Source of the DNA: Octopus vulgaris
Taxonomy: Eukaryota
NCBI GenBank assembly: GCA_951406725.2
Contig: OX597821.1
Location: forward strand, 65,038,001-65,102,000
Direction of reading: 5' to 3'
Length of the DNA: 64,000 bases
The position numbers were made by a program, and so were the translations under genes. Positions 23,083 to 36,430 of this stretch are shown in pieces. Below the pieces are notes generated by a model, which worked only from the letters and a program-made list of their open reading frames with translations, was not told the DNA's origin and ran no database searches. Position 1 is the first letter of the stretch. The number at the start of each line of letters is the position of its first letter.

Positions 23083-23153
<71 letters not shown>

Positions 23154-23166
23154 TTGCTGCTGCTTG

Positions 23167-23203
<37 letters not shown>

Positions 23204-23205
23204 GT

Positions 23206-23266
<61 letters not shown>

Positions 23267-23536
23267 GCTGCTGCTGCAACAACTACTGTTGCTGATGCTA
23301 CTACTGCTACCACCACAGCTGCTGCTGTTGCTGTTGCTGCTGCTGCTATTACTACTGCTATTGCTACTGCTACAACTATTGCTGCTGCTGCTGCTACTAC
23401 TGCTACACCACAGCTGCTGTTGTTGTTGCTGCTACTACTACTACTACTATTACTACTATTGCTGCTGCTACCACTACTGTTGCTGTTGCTACTACAGCTA
23501 CCACCACAGCTGCTGCTGTTGCCACTGTTGATGCTG

Positions 23537-23582
<46 letters not shown>

Positions 23583-23592
23583 TACTACTACT
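23082..23592. repeat. Compound (CTA)n/(CTG)n trinucleotide field
   Basis: Directly visible; explains the poly-V/A/S/L ORFs. Confidence 0.95.
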
Positions 23593-23705
23593 GAGATAAC
23601 TTATGAAACGCCAACAACAAAATAAGTAAACAAATAAAAGAAGCATACATCAAACTATAGAATGTCGTCTACATAGTACAGGCAGAATACACACACACAC
23701 ACACA

Positions 23706-23747
<42 letters not shown>

Positions 23748-24044
23748 ACACACACCAAGGACATTAATGGGAATATTATTTGAAAAATTTAAGTTTATTT
23801 AAATCTGTCCTCCCGCCATTAGATCCACTCCTTTTTGCAGTTTAGTGGCTTATGTCCCTCAGTGCTCCTGAAAGCTAAGTGAGAGGAGTTCAGTCTTCTA
23901 TTGCGTCCTCCAGTGCTGGAAAATTCAAAGGATAAAGGCCTGACTAACATGGACCACCTCTTCCCATAGGTAAGAATGGGTTTGCATAGGACCAACACCT
24001 CTAACTCGAGAAAAAAAAAGGCCCAGTTACAGTGACATTTTCAA

Positions 24045-24450
24045 ACTTTTACTCGTTTCAGTCACTTTGACTGCCGATATGCTGAGGGTTTTTAGCCGAA
24101 CAAATTGACCCCTGGACTTATTTCTTTGCGCCTAGAACTTAGTCTATCGGATCTCTTTTGCGAAACCGCTAAATTACGGCGACATAAACACGCCAATTCC
24201 GGTTGTCATGCCTGGTGGGGGATAAACACAGACGCAAGGACATACACATGCACATACGCGCGCACACACACACAAACACCAACGCACACACTCATATATA
24301 CGATGGACTTCTTTCAGCTTCAGTCTACCAAATCTAATCACAAGACGTTGGTCTGCCTGATGTTATTGTAGATGACACTTGCCCAAGGGGTCACGTGTTG
24401 GGTGTGAATACAGAGCCATGTGGTAGGCAGGGCAGTTTCTTACCACCAAT
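24045..24450 (-). mobile_element. SINE family B, diverged
   Basis: Reverse complement of the family-B consensus. Confidence 0.8.
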
Positions 24451-24693
24451 ATCGAGGACAATTCAAAACCAACAAAATCTGGAAGGTTAAAGAAGCAGAA
24501 AAGACAACTCAAAGTCTGGAACAGTGAAGAAATGTTGTCAATGCCCTATGCTCTATACGAAGCGAAAGCTGTAAGAAGAAGAAGAAGGAGGAGGTGGAGG
24601 AGGGAAAGGAGAAGGAGGAGAAGAAGAAGAAGAAGAAGAAGAAGAAGAAGAAGAAGAAGAAGAAGAAGAAGAAGAAGAAGAAGAAGAAGAAGA
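24450..24693 (+). mobile_element. RTE-clade LINE 3' end with expanded (GAA)n tail
   Basis: AEKTTQSLEQ*RNVVNALCSIRSE resembles the RTE C-terminal WRxxVxALC motif; immediately followed by (GAA)n. Confidence 0.55.
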
Positions 24694-25348
24694 ATGTCTC
24701 CTTATTTACAATAAGCACTTCGAAATGACAAGCAAATAATGGAGTCTCTGCACGAACGCTGAACCCATTCAATATGGTAGCAAATCTATTCCAACATCAC
24801 AGCCTACCGCTGTGAAAAGGGACACTTTGATTAACATCGCATTTTATATGAAAGACATAATGGCGAAAGCTGGAACAGTTTGGGACATAAGATGATTGCA
24901 GAAGACTAACGACATGCATAACAGCAACCACATTTTAACGGGAGGATAACATTTCTGGATTGTTAGTCTCATCCATCAGAAGTAAACCTGATGCGGTTTT
25001 TCTTTTATTGAAACCAACAATATGTAGATCAGAGTAACTGCAGAGTGCAATTAAGAGCAAGACAAAAGATAAAAACAATAACCGAAAACAAAACGGGATT
25101 GGTACTGTAATAATATACCTCGCATCATCGGCATTGTAGCAATTCTGTAAATGAGTTTTATCATTGATAATCGAGCCAACATTTTATGATGTATAGTTAT
25201 GTCAACATTGTTGTATGGTTGCGTGTATTTTACAAGCCGATTAAAACTATTTAAAGTAGCTGTAACTTCGATGGCAGAGATTGAATACTGAGTTGAAGAA
25301 ACAACTTTGTAAATGTAAAGGATTTTATGTATTTCAGGCTTTATTTCC

Positions 25349-25516
25349 ATAGGCGTAGGAGTGGCTGTGTGGTAAGTAGCTTGCTTACCGACCACATGGT
25401 TCCTGACTCAGTCTCACTGCGTGGCATCTTGGGCAAGTGTCTTTTACTATAGCATCGGGCCGACCAAAGCCTTGTGAGTGGATTTGGTAGAGGGAAACTG
25501 AAAGAAGCCCGTCGTA

Positions 25517-25580
<64 letters not shown>

Positions 25581-25830
25581 TGTATATATATATGTATGTG
25601 TGTGCATATGTTTGTGTGTCTGTGTTTGTCCCCCCGAACATCGCTTGAAAATCGATGCTGGTGTGTTTACGTTCCCGTAACTTAGAGGTTCGGCAAAAGA
25701 GACCGATATAATAAGTAACAGGCTTCCAAAGAATAAGTCATGGGGGTCGATTTGCTCGGCTAAAGGCGGTGCTTCAGCATGGCCACAGTCAAATGACTGA
25801 AACAAGTAAAAAGAGTAAAAGAGTAAAGAG
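25349..25830 (+). mobile_element. SINE family B, full length
   Basis: Near-consensus copy with (TA)n centre. Confidence 0.92.
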
Positions 25831-26329
25831 CAAACTAATAACGACACGAATACGGCGTTGCTAGTTTGCTACTTAATAGCCATGAACTTCTACACTTTAT
25901 AACCCAGATATGAGAAAGGCCCGACTGTGATGCTTCACCGCTATAATAAATACAAAATATCTCCTAGATATTATTGATTTCAAGTTCTGGTATTAGGCTA
26001 ATAAGTTCGTGGATGATGGTGGAGGTGGCTAGTCAATTATATCGACTTCAATGTTCAACTGGTACTTCTTTTTTCGACCCTGAAAGGATGAGAGGCCAAG
26101 TCGATCTCAATGGTACTGTCCTGGATATCATTGATTGACAAAACAAAATAGCGGGTACTTTTTTTTATCAAAAGTATCTGTGATGGTAAATCCCCTGGAA
26201 GGTGAATAAATGGTTTTTTAACAATATACAATCTGCGATAATGTCATCACTTCCTACCCAAGAGGAATTGATGTTTGCTGAAAGGGTTAATTTCTTATCA
26301 CAAGATTATCATCTGAATCGATTCAAAGC

Positions 26330-27125
26330 TTATTCACGGAAATTACGCGGATCAGCTTACTTTTGTGAATCTGAAGAGATAGGATTTCATAGCAACATTT
26401 TATATCACTCTTAGATAAAAAGTGTTAAATTCAGCAATATGTCCCAATGGATTCTCAGCAGTCGTCTTAAAAACATGGAAACATGAATTAGTTAAATCCA
26501 GATACATTTTTAAAGCGTCTTATCAAGTGTGAAAACGTAGCCATAGTATATTCTATTCATAATGGATGAAGCAGAGCAGAAATTGCTTAGACGAGCAAAA
26601 TTACGGGACGAATTATAAAAAGCAAGTGTCTTGCTATATAACATGCTCTATGGCATTTGCCCACGAAGAAGCTTCTATTCAGATCGCTGATAGAAGAACA
26701 ACTGAGTGCTGAAATAACTAATCAACGAAAATCAGACGTACATTTTTACTTTTGAAAGACCTTCGATAAAATCAGACACTAGATGGCGGGTCGCAGACCA
26801 GCTAATTTTGGTGTTGTTGGGGAATTATGAAGTGATAGCAGGACTATTTAAGAGACAGAAATCAGAAGGTAGCAGCTGGTGGTGTTCTTTCTTTCAAAAA
26901 AAAAAACACTGACCTGAGTGGAGTCCCACAAGGAATTGACTTATGGCTGTTTCTGTTTATAATGGTATGCTCCCAGTTATAAAAGCAGCCGCTCTTACCT
27001 CATATACAAATATTATACAAGTGTTTCCGAAAATTGAGGATTTTAATGGTGCCGTAAACCTAGAACAAGAGATTCAATTAATATGCAATGAGCTGAAGAA
27101 AATTAAACGCAATTTGAGGTTGGAA
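26330..27125 (+). pseudogene. CR1/L2-group LINE reverse transcriptase remnant
   Basis: Broken motifs NSAICPNGFSAVVLKTWKHEL (GPDG region), KTFDKIRH (KAFD), LRDRNQKVAAGG, SGVPQG; many stops and frameshifts. Confidence 0.75.
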
Positions 27126-27137
27126 AATAATATATAT

Positions 27138-27365
27138 ATATTTCTTTACTACCCACAAGGGGCTAAACACAGAGGGGACAAACAAGGACAGATAAACGGA
27201 TTAAGTCGATTATATCGGCTCCAGTGCGTAACTAGTACTTAATTTATCGACCCCGAAAGGATGAAAGGCAAAGTCGACCTCGGCGGAATTTGAACTCAGA
27301 ACATAACGACAGACGAAATACGACTACGCATTTCTCCCGGCGTGCTAACGTTTCTGCCAGCTCAT
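27138..27365 (-). mobile_element. SINE family A monomer
   Basis: Near-consensus copy. Confidence 0.9.
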
Positions 27366-28029
27366 AGTTTCCCTCTCGTCAGGTGTCAGCGACAAGAGCG
27401 TCGAGGAGGAGTAGTGAGGGAGAGGGAACGGTGAAGGGGAGAGGAGAAGAATAGGGAAGGGTGAGAGAGAAAACCAGAAATCCATCTTCTGACTACTACC
27501 TTCTCAAAAAGCCTAAACGTGCTTATTCTTCATAAGCTCGTCTTCCTAAACGTTCAGAATAATTCTTCTATCGTCTTGGCTTAACAGCCCTCATCATTTG
27601 TTTTTACTGTTTTTTTCTCATTGTTCTTTTACTGTTTGTACTTTTTTATTATTTTACTGGTTTGTTCTCACTGTCCTGTTCTTGTTACCACTGTCACCCT
27701 CCGCAAAATGTCCCAAATTATATTCAATTTGCTTTGCGGGAAGGACTGTTTCATTGAAGTCGCGTCTTGTCCTTGCCTTCAAGACGTGGAGAAGATGAAA
27801 CAGGGACAACTGAAAAAGAGGAACATACTTTATGTTGTAATGTCTCGTTTCTCTGTTTGTTTTTTTCGTTGTCCGAAAAAAAAGTCCGTTTCTATGTTTT
27901 TGCTTTTATGTTTCCGTTTCTCATTGTGTTCAGCATTTTTTTATGTACTGTACCCATATATGCATGTATATATACATATATATGTAGGTATGCAAATATA
28001 TGTATGTATATGTGCATATATATATATAT

Positions 28030-28195
28030 ACGACGGACGTCTTTCAGTTTCCGTCTACCAAACCCACTCACAAGGCTTTCATCGGCCTGAAGCTATAGTA
28101 GAAGACAGTTGGCCAAGGTGCCACGCAGTGGAACTGAACCAGGAACCATGTAGTTGGAAAGCATGCTTCTTACCACACAGCTACGCCTGCGCCTT
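28030..28195 (-). mobile_element. SINE family B, 5' half
   Basis: ctttcagtttccgtctacc...ccacgcagtggaactgaacc...ttaccacacagctac. Confidence 0.85.
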
Positions 28196-29199
28196 CAGAC
28201 ATATATAATTTAGAAGCTATAACTTCATACGTTATAAGTTCTCGTTTAACATATCCTATCCTCTTGTAAATGTAAAGACGACGATATTTAAAATAAAAAA
28301 GAATATAGAATACCACCTACTAACTTACAAGACAGTGACTGAAGCGATTTGGAACGACTGAAATCTGTATTTTATCAAGGCAATAGGACACAGTGACATA
28401 TTGTAAAAATAAGAATTTTTGTAAAAATAAGAATTGGAGATGACAAAAGAAAGCAATGACAAGAATAGATTATAGGAAAAATAATATTATATATAGTTAT
28501 ATTAGACTTCTATTCTTTTTGTGTCATACTGAAATTTATTGCCCAACGAAATAATACGAACAATAAAAATGAAATTTTATGTTCCTCTTTCAATAATACC
28601 AAAGTTTCATCGAATAGCATTTTCCGAACGAACGATCCTTTCGTATGTTTTTAAAAAAGAAAAGTTTAATTTCAATCTCATAAAAGATGATTATATGTAA
28701 CGGTAACATATTCCTATTTTCTTTTCCTATCCCATCCAGTATAAACCCCTTTCTACATATGTCCATTGACTAGTACCCTCTAAATCTGAATCTTCCTCCA
28801 CTTACCCATTTTGTTAATCTTGAACATCTCCCTTTTCATGATTCTTTGTGTTGCTCTAAATGTTTTTGTTGGCAATCCATCTTTTTGGCGAACTAAAATA
28901 AAGCTTAGATATGTTTCGACCAAAGATTGGTCCAAGCCATGTCTAACTTAATAGCACCATCTGATAGGATTATCTAAATCCTGTTTAAGTCAAGTTTTGT
29001 TTATGGTCCATTCAAGTAGTGAGTTCTTGTTGAGTGAGTTGTATGCAGCTATGGGTGGCTTATCCGGTTATCCTTGAAGAAATCTGTCCAGACTCCGTGG
29101 CTTGTCCGGTATTACTTGAAGAAATCTGTTCAGCGAAATGGCAGGTAGCACACACTAGTTGAAGACCCTTCTTTGTAGACTCATGGACAAGTAATTCAA

Positions 29200-29515
29200 T
29201 TTATCTAAAGGAATCAAAGGAAACTTCGTGAAGTTATTAGAGAATGTATAAAATTAGAACAACCATAAACAGCAAAGTGTTTGATGGCAAAATTGGTAAT
29301 GGAATCAGATAAGGAGACACTATATCACCCAAATCATTCACACCTGTATTAGAAAAGGTATATAAAAATTTATATTGATCAGATATATGATCAAGTATAA
29401 ACGGGTGCATGCTAAATCATCTCAAATTCGCTGGTGATATTGTATTCAGATCCTGGAGTATTGAAGAATCAACAGAAATGCTCAGAGAAATAGAAGAAAA
29501 GAAATGTAGGCCGAA
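29200..29515 (+). pseudogene. RTE-clade LINE reverse transcriptase remnant
   Basis: GIR*GDTISPKSFTPVLEKVYKNL...INGCMLNHLKFAGDIVF matches RTE GVRQGDTISPKLF...LNHLRFADDIVL. Confidence 0.8.
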
Positions 29516-30534
29516 ATAATAATTTATTCTGCTTTTTACCAAGCTGAAAACAAGATAGACCAGGTAACGGTCATTATAAGATCATTCTAGCTGATCGAGA
29601 GATTTTCCACTTGTTGAAGTACTAACACGCAATTTGAATGTATATATAAATATAATTGAATAAGGGTAGAAATTGATATTAATCAATTAAAACCAGTGGC
29701 CTAGCATATTAAAGAAATCCGAAGGTTAAAATATTTTTTTGTATGTAAAAATATATATAAATATATATTTGTGTGGTGAGGTCCGTGTGTGAGTGATTGT
29801 GTTTGTACGTCTTTATGCGTTTGGAAGTTTGTTATGCGTTTCGTAGAACACTTTGAATGACTAAACATTGTAGGCGTTGAACTCAGCGTATAAATTGACA
29901 GAAGATATTTTGACCTGTGGAGAGGTTTCCTACGTAAAATACTCCTACAATAAGTCTCCAATTTCGTTGTAAGCATTTTTCACACACATATAATCACATG
30001 AATATATATGGTTATATACAAACATACACACATATAGACACACGCGCACACACACACACTAACTTTTAAAAAGAGAAAATTCACAGACTTCTAAGTTTGG
30101 GCTTGCTCGATTTCGTCAGACTTTGATGAACTTAATTTGTAAATTTTCTACCAAAAAGTATTGCATGACCCTTTAGTTTAATTTTAATTGCTTTTATATA
30201 TAAATTGACATAAAAATAAAACAAAATGCAATACGTACATGTATACCACTGATATTATCCTAGGAAGAGGCAAAGACCGATATAGCTTGGAACTAGTGAC
30301 GTCACAACACATTTCTACAGCGAAGGGAACTGGAATTACGTGAAATAAAGTGTTTTACTAAAAGAAAATTACAGCCCGACCTGGAAATCGAACTTACTAT
30401 CTCATGATAGTGAACCCGACGGTAAAATCGCTGGGCCATGCTCCTTCACATAACAGAAGGACGCTGTCATGGTACATGAATCCACATCTTCTGTAAGCAA
30501 GACAGATGTGCTACTCATTACACCAAAGCAACAC

Positions 30535-30574
<40 letters not shown>

Positions 30575-30769
30575 GTCTGTGTAGCGTAAGTTTAGAAAAA
30601 AACATTGGGTTCATATTTAACATGAACTAGACATCTCTTCAGTTTCTCTAAACAGTAACCGTTCTCTGCAAAGGATGTTTGTTTTAAAACACAAGAATGC
30701 CGGTGATAGTTCAAGAGATATTCCTCTTAATTAATTATGGCCGGGCGAGTTGTCTTCCTTCGCTTGGTA

Positions 30770-31115
30770 TCTGGGTTTTCCAATTTTGAATTAAAAATTT
30801 CCGAAAATGTGGACAACTCCCCACGTCTTCCGTCCTGGAGTTAAGGTAGCCTCCTGGCTTATGTGAGTTCATGGGAATTATAAATCTTTTAGCTAAACGC
30901 AATTTACACAGATCTTCTTTCGGGGTCCCGGAGAGACGTAACACAACTCACGCAGCATACGTATGACGCCTTAAGGACGATCATACGCCCTTGAACATCA
31001 GGTGGAAATTATTGGAAACCTGTAGACACTAGTGTAATGGAACAAGACTGTGTAAATTCTGTTTGGCAAAAAGATTTATAATTCTCATGAACTCACATAC
31101 ACAAATAAATAACTG
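30770..31115. pseudogene. Penelope-like element ORF C-terminus (after the GIY-YIG domain), present as two opposed fragments
   Basis: Plus strand: TTHAAYV*RLKDDHTPLNIRWKLLETCRH*CNGTRLCKFCLAKRFIILMNSH; minus strand: LCKLRLAKRFIIPMNSHKPGGYLNSRTEDVGSCPHFRKFL; match the PLE pattern YiWxLK...IxW..CxLCLxEK..LNxRxE...CxH. Confidence 0.75.
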
Positions 31116-31832
31116 CTCTATATTTTATAGGTTATGCTCTTCTGATTTATGATATTGAAATTTATAATAACGTTCACACTTAGTGCACATGCATAGCAAA
31201 GGTCAAGGCCAATATGAGCCTAGTGGCTTTACTCTGCATGTTTTAGCTTCTTTACTATTCAACTCTACAAAAATATACATATGTATTTGCATGTCTATCG
31301 ATGAGCATCAAAAAATACGTAATGCTGATTGGACGGTAACGAAGACACCGAAGAACTTTACAACCTGGATTTCGATTGGTGCTCATTTGCGCCATGCCTG
31401 GATCATGCTCATTATATTCGACATAGTAGCTAAATTCTCATCAAACTACTAAGTAACATAGCAAATAATTGACTTACAAACTGGAAGTATTGATGTACAC
31501 AATAGGGTTAAGCTAAAACTAAAATAACGCAACAAAAACGATGGTTATTTCGAAAAAGTAGAAAATACAGAGATGAGAGACTAAAAGTACTACACAACCA
31601 AACATGACGTTAACAGCTGTTTGTTTGAGTGTAAATTGTGAAGCATTTGTACTATAATGCTAATGCAGCTGGGTGATTTTATTCAGCAACCTAGTTGTAG
31701 TGACACTTTTGCCAACATACGTGGTTTAGTTTCTATAGGCATGTGAGGAGTTTTGCGTAAGAAATAGACACACACAGACACCATATAGATAGACAGACAG
31801 AAAAGCAGATAGATGGATATATATATATATAT

Positions 31833-31891
<59 letters not shown>

Positions 31892-31942
31892 CAGATATAG
31901 ACATAGATATACATACATACATACATACATGCAAGCATACAT

Positions 31943-32870
31943 AGATGGATAATGGCAATAATAATATGCATATGTTTTAGCTTTTATCTTCTACTGGTTT
32001 CAGTCCAGGACTGAGGTCATGCTGGTGCGCCACCTGTAGTTACTCGGTGTTATTTCCGATATTGAATTTGGTGAAGTAGTGAGTTGAAGGGAGTTGCATT
32101 TTCTTTGTGTCTGCTGTCGCGGTGTGGGTTCATCTGGTATCTCATATAGAATCTTCCTCCAGACATAACTTGAAAACGTCCACATCCCACACCATGTATA
32201 TATATGTGTGTGTGTGTGTGTGTGTCTGAATATATTATTATTATTATTATCATTATTATTGTTATTTCAGATGGGGAAGACGAGATCTTTGGTACGATGC
32301 AGTACCGTCCAGTTCGGTAATTGATATAGCTGTCAATTCCAGTATAGCTAAACCCTCCAAGATCTTCCAATTTTTTTCCTCTTCTTTCTACACCTTCACT
32401 TATCTGTACATGCGTATGTAACAATGTAGATTTGACATTAAAAATGACCTGCAAGCTCTGTGAACGTGTCGGATACATACATATATCATTTGATATGAAC
32501 TCAATGAAGGGACATTGCTTCTGCTTGCTACCCGTTATTTGCTTATAATGAAGAAAAACAAGAAGAGATACTAGAGTGGAAGATTTATTCTATTAGCAAT
32601 GTATAATTGGAATGACTTCGTCTGTAAATAAAAAAAAGTTAAGCCTATTTTTGCAATACTTTTGCTGCAACACCATCTGCATTGTGTGTGTGTGTGTGTG
32701 TGATGGGGTGTCTGTGTGTGTGTGCTTAAATATTGTAAACATACATAAATACTGAAAAGGACAAAGCCGCATCAGATATAGCGGCACTCACAGAAACCTA
32801 TATCTATGAATTCACGTGCATTTAATTCGGTTTATTACCGTCTTACGCACATAAACATACGTGTACGTAA

Positions 32871-32911
<41 letters not shown>

Positions 32912-32937
32912 TATATATATATATATATATATATATC

Positions 32938-33004
<67 letters not shown>

Positions 33005-33939
33005 GGATAATGGCAATAATAATATGCATATGTTTTAGCTTTTATCTTCTACCGGTTTCAGTCCAGGACTGAGGTCATGCTGGTGCGCCACCTGTAGTTA
33101 CTCGGTGTTATTTCCGATATTGAATTTGGTGAAGTAGTGAGTTGAAGGGAGTTGCTTTTTCTTTGTGTCTGCTGTCGCGGTGTGGGTTCATCTGGTATCT
33201 CATATAGAATCTTCCTCCAGACATAACTTGAAAACGTCCACATCCCACACCATGTACATCTCTAAGGTTGCTTGGTAGGATGTTGAACAATTGCGGCCCC
33301 TTGAAACCTAAACTATTGCAGAAGGGTGTCGTTATTTCAGATGGGGAAGACGAGATCTTTGGTACGATGCAGTACCGTCCAGTTCGGTAATTGATATAGC
33401 TGTCAATTCCAGTATAGCTAAACCCTCCAAGATCTTCCAATTTTTTTCCTCTTCTTTCTACACCTTCACTTATCTGTGCACAATGCTCTTGACAGTAGAT
33501 TTGACATTAAAAATGACCTGCAAGCTCTGTGAACGTGTCGGATACATACATATATCATTTGATATGAACTCAATGAAGGGACATTGCTTCTGCTTGCTAC
33601 CCGTTATTTGCTTATAATGAAGAAAAACAAGAAGAGATACTAGAGTGGAAGATTTATTCTATTAGCAATGTATAATTGGAATGACTTCGTCTGTAAATAA
33701 AAAAAAGTTAAGCCTATTTTTGCAATACTTTTGCTGCAACACCATCTGCATTGTGTGTGTGTGTGTGTGTGATGGGGTGTCTGTGTGTGTGTGCTTAAAT
33801 ATTGTAAACATACATAAATACTGGAAAGGACAAAGCCGCATCAGATATAGCGGCACTCACAGAAACCTATATCTATGAATTCACGTGCATTTAATTCGGT
33901 TTATTACCGTCTTACGCACATAAACATACGTGTACGTAA

Positions 33940-33949
<10 letters not shown>
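31943..33949. repeat. ~1.06 kb tandem duplication (31943-32880 and 33001-33949)
   Basis: Near-identical copies separated by an (AT)n/(AGAT)n junction. Confidence 0.95.
33045..33620 (-). mobile_element. CR1/L2-group LINE 3' end (ORF2 C-terminus and 3' UTR); duplicate at 31985-32550
   Basis: YINYRTGRYCIVPKI...FCNSLGFKGPQLFNILPSNLRDVH and, in a shifted frame, ILYEIPDEPT; homologous to 36684-37085. Confidence 0.75.
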
Positions 33950-33994
<45 letters not shown>

Positions 33995-34645
33995 TACATA
34001 CACACACAGACACACACATATATATGTATGTATATACATACATATATACAGACAGACAGAGATGTAGCATATATAATGTAAAATGATTTGAAAGCATTTA
34101 CTTTAAAATTATACTTATAGCTAACTAATTTTATTTCCTTTAAACAAAATTCCGAACTTCGTAATGGTAAAAATAACAATGACGATAACAACAACAGCAA
34201 CAACAGCAACAACATTACCAGCCGCTACAACGAAAACACCACCAACAATAACCATATAAACATCATCAAGAGAGATAAGAAATGTTAATAATAGCAAAAC
34301 GAAAGGAATGCGCTTTAGTCTTTGTATAAACAAAACGCTATATACTTAATTACGTTTGTCTGTTGGAAAGAAGAAGACGCATGATCCAGATGCTTAGTTC
34401 AATTTCAAATTGTTGCTGAAGCCAGCAAACATTTTTTTAGTTGTAAGATAAAACAGTAGTTTACAGATTTAGTACGGCTTCTTTACGAATAAATTCTCTC
34501 AGTATTGAAGTCTGAAATGTCATATCGGACAACTGAACTTACAACAAATATATATACGCGTAATTTAGCGTTCACATTCGCAAATGAACTATTTATATTT
34601 ATAGCTAGGAATCTAATTGTCTATTTATTCATCCTCCCCCCTCTC

Positions 34646-34685
<40 letters not shown>

Positions 34686-34957
34686 GTTATCTCTCCTTCA
34701 CTCCCGGCTTGCTAGCTTAATCATTCCAGTTATTTACGTAGAAATGGTGATGGCGAATGTCCGTCTTTCTATGATAAGAATTTATTTATACGTTCAACTG
34801 AACCTATAATTATCTGCAGTGTGTGACTGAGTATTCCACAGAAACATATACGCTTAATGTAAATCTCAAGCAGAAGTAAACTTGCACTTGAAAAGGATCA
34901 TTATATTCCGTTTGCCTAATTTCATTTGCATGATATACGCATATACATACATGGATG

Positions 34958-35002
<45 letters not shown>

Positions 35003-35008
35003 GTATGC

Positions 35009-35087
<79 letters not shown>

Positions 35088-35102
35088 TATATATACATAT
35101 AC

Positions 35103-35375
35103 ATATAAGAGGGGATGACGACTACGTGGACATCCATTATGCTAGAAGTAGATCTGCTACGGTCTTAACTCTAAGAAAGGAATGTTCTCAAGAAAATTTA
35201 GCAAACGCCAGAACGTAAGCAAGACAAATGAAAAGAAAAAGCAATCATAAACTAGTTTATGATTAATCTATATTTTGTTTCTTTTCATTTGTCTTCCTCG
35301 CTTACGTTCTGGCGTTTGCTAACTTTTCTTAGTGGTAAGACCATAGAGGATCTACTTCTAGCATCCCTCTTATAT
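35103..35375. mobile_element. Fold-back/MITE-like palindromic element
   Basis: Arms atataagagggg...gctagaagtagatc...ttagcaaacgccagaacgtaagc...aagacaaatgaaaagaaa and their reverse complement; central palindrome aatcataaactagtttatgatt. Confidence 0.75.
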
Positions 35376-35491
35376 TTATGTAACATATTTTTTCTGAATC
35401 TTCAGATTTTAATATGCTAGCCACTGGTTTTAATTTGATATCAATCAAATTAATATTCAATTTTTCACCCTTATTATTTCAAATTTATATA

Positions 35492-35527
<36 letters not shown>

Positions 35528-35669
35528 TGTATGTATGTATGTATGTATGTATGTATGTATGTATGTATGTATGTATGTATGTATGTATGCATGTATGTAT
35601 GTATGTCTGTGTGTGTGAGAGAGAGTGTGTGTGTGTGTGCGTGTATACGCGTGTGCATTATATACATTA

Positions 35670-35850
35670 CTAGCAGTATCGCCCGACGTTGCTCGGGTTT
35701 GTAAGGGAAATAACTATAAAGCACTTTTAGAGAGTTATAGCCAAAAAATAGCAAAAAAAATGGGAAAAAAATGATGAAAATAGTAAATTTTTTTTTGATA
35801 GTTAAAAAGGCCGAGTTGCGTCCCCTACACCATCTGCGGTTTGTGTTTTA
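35670..35850 (-). mobile_element. Helitron 3' terminus
   Basis: Minus strand: GC-rich hairpin cccgagcaacgtcggg, 8-nt spacer, CTAG, then T. Confidence 0.75.
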
Positions 35851-36230
35851 GAAGAAATGACCGGTTTCGCGTTCAGCTTTTCAAATTTCTTACATCGTTA
35901 TGTTTACGTTGAGTAGAGTTATCGTTATGTATATATATATATCTTTGTTCATGTTTGGATTAACTATATATTACCGCACGCTCACACACACACACGCACA
36001 TATATATATAAACAAAAACATATACACGTACACATATATGCATATACACACATACATGCACACACATATATTTAAAAAGAAACACTATTACCTTCAACTG
36101 AATACCAAGTTTGTTTGAATTAGTCCCCTTTCAAAACGTCGTAAGTGATGGACCCTTCATGAAATTGCAGTGATCAGGATGCCTAATACCAATAAAGTCT
36201 ATTACACATTCCATCTCCTACTTTATTAAT

Positions 36231-36344
<114 letters not shown>

Positions 36345-36430
36345 TACTTCTCATATAGGATAAAATGTTTTCAAAAATTTCATGAAGTGGCCAGCATATT
36401 AAAATGCGTTTTAAGGTGAAAATTATAAAG

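Noticed and set aside
23035-23646. 203-aa ORF and the many YI/HT/CV/poly-I/L/N ORFs across the window
   Set aside because: They are translations of microsatellites, with no domain or splice support
29056-29132. ~42-bp dimer (also an 18-bp duplication near 28401-28436 and short repeats at 59553-59620)
   Set aside because: Ordinary local slippage duplications
30610-30650. Minus-strand CTGAAGA downstream of the Penelope ORF end
   Set aside because: No appropriately placed GAAA box or stems
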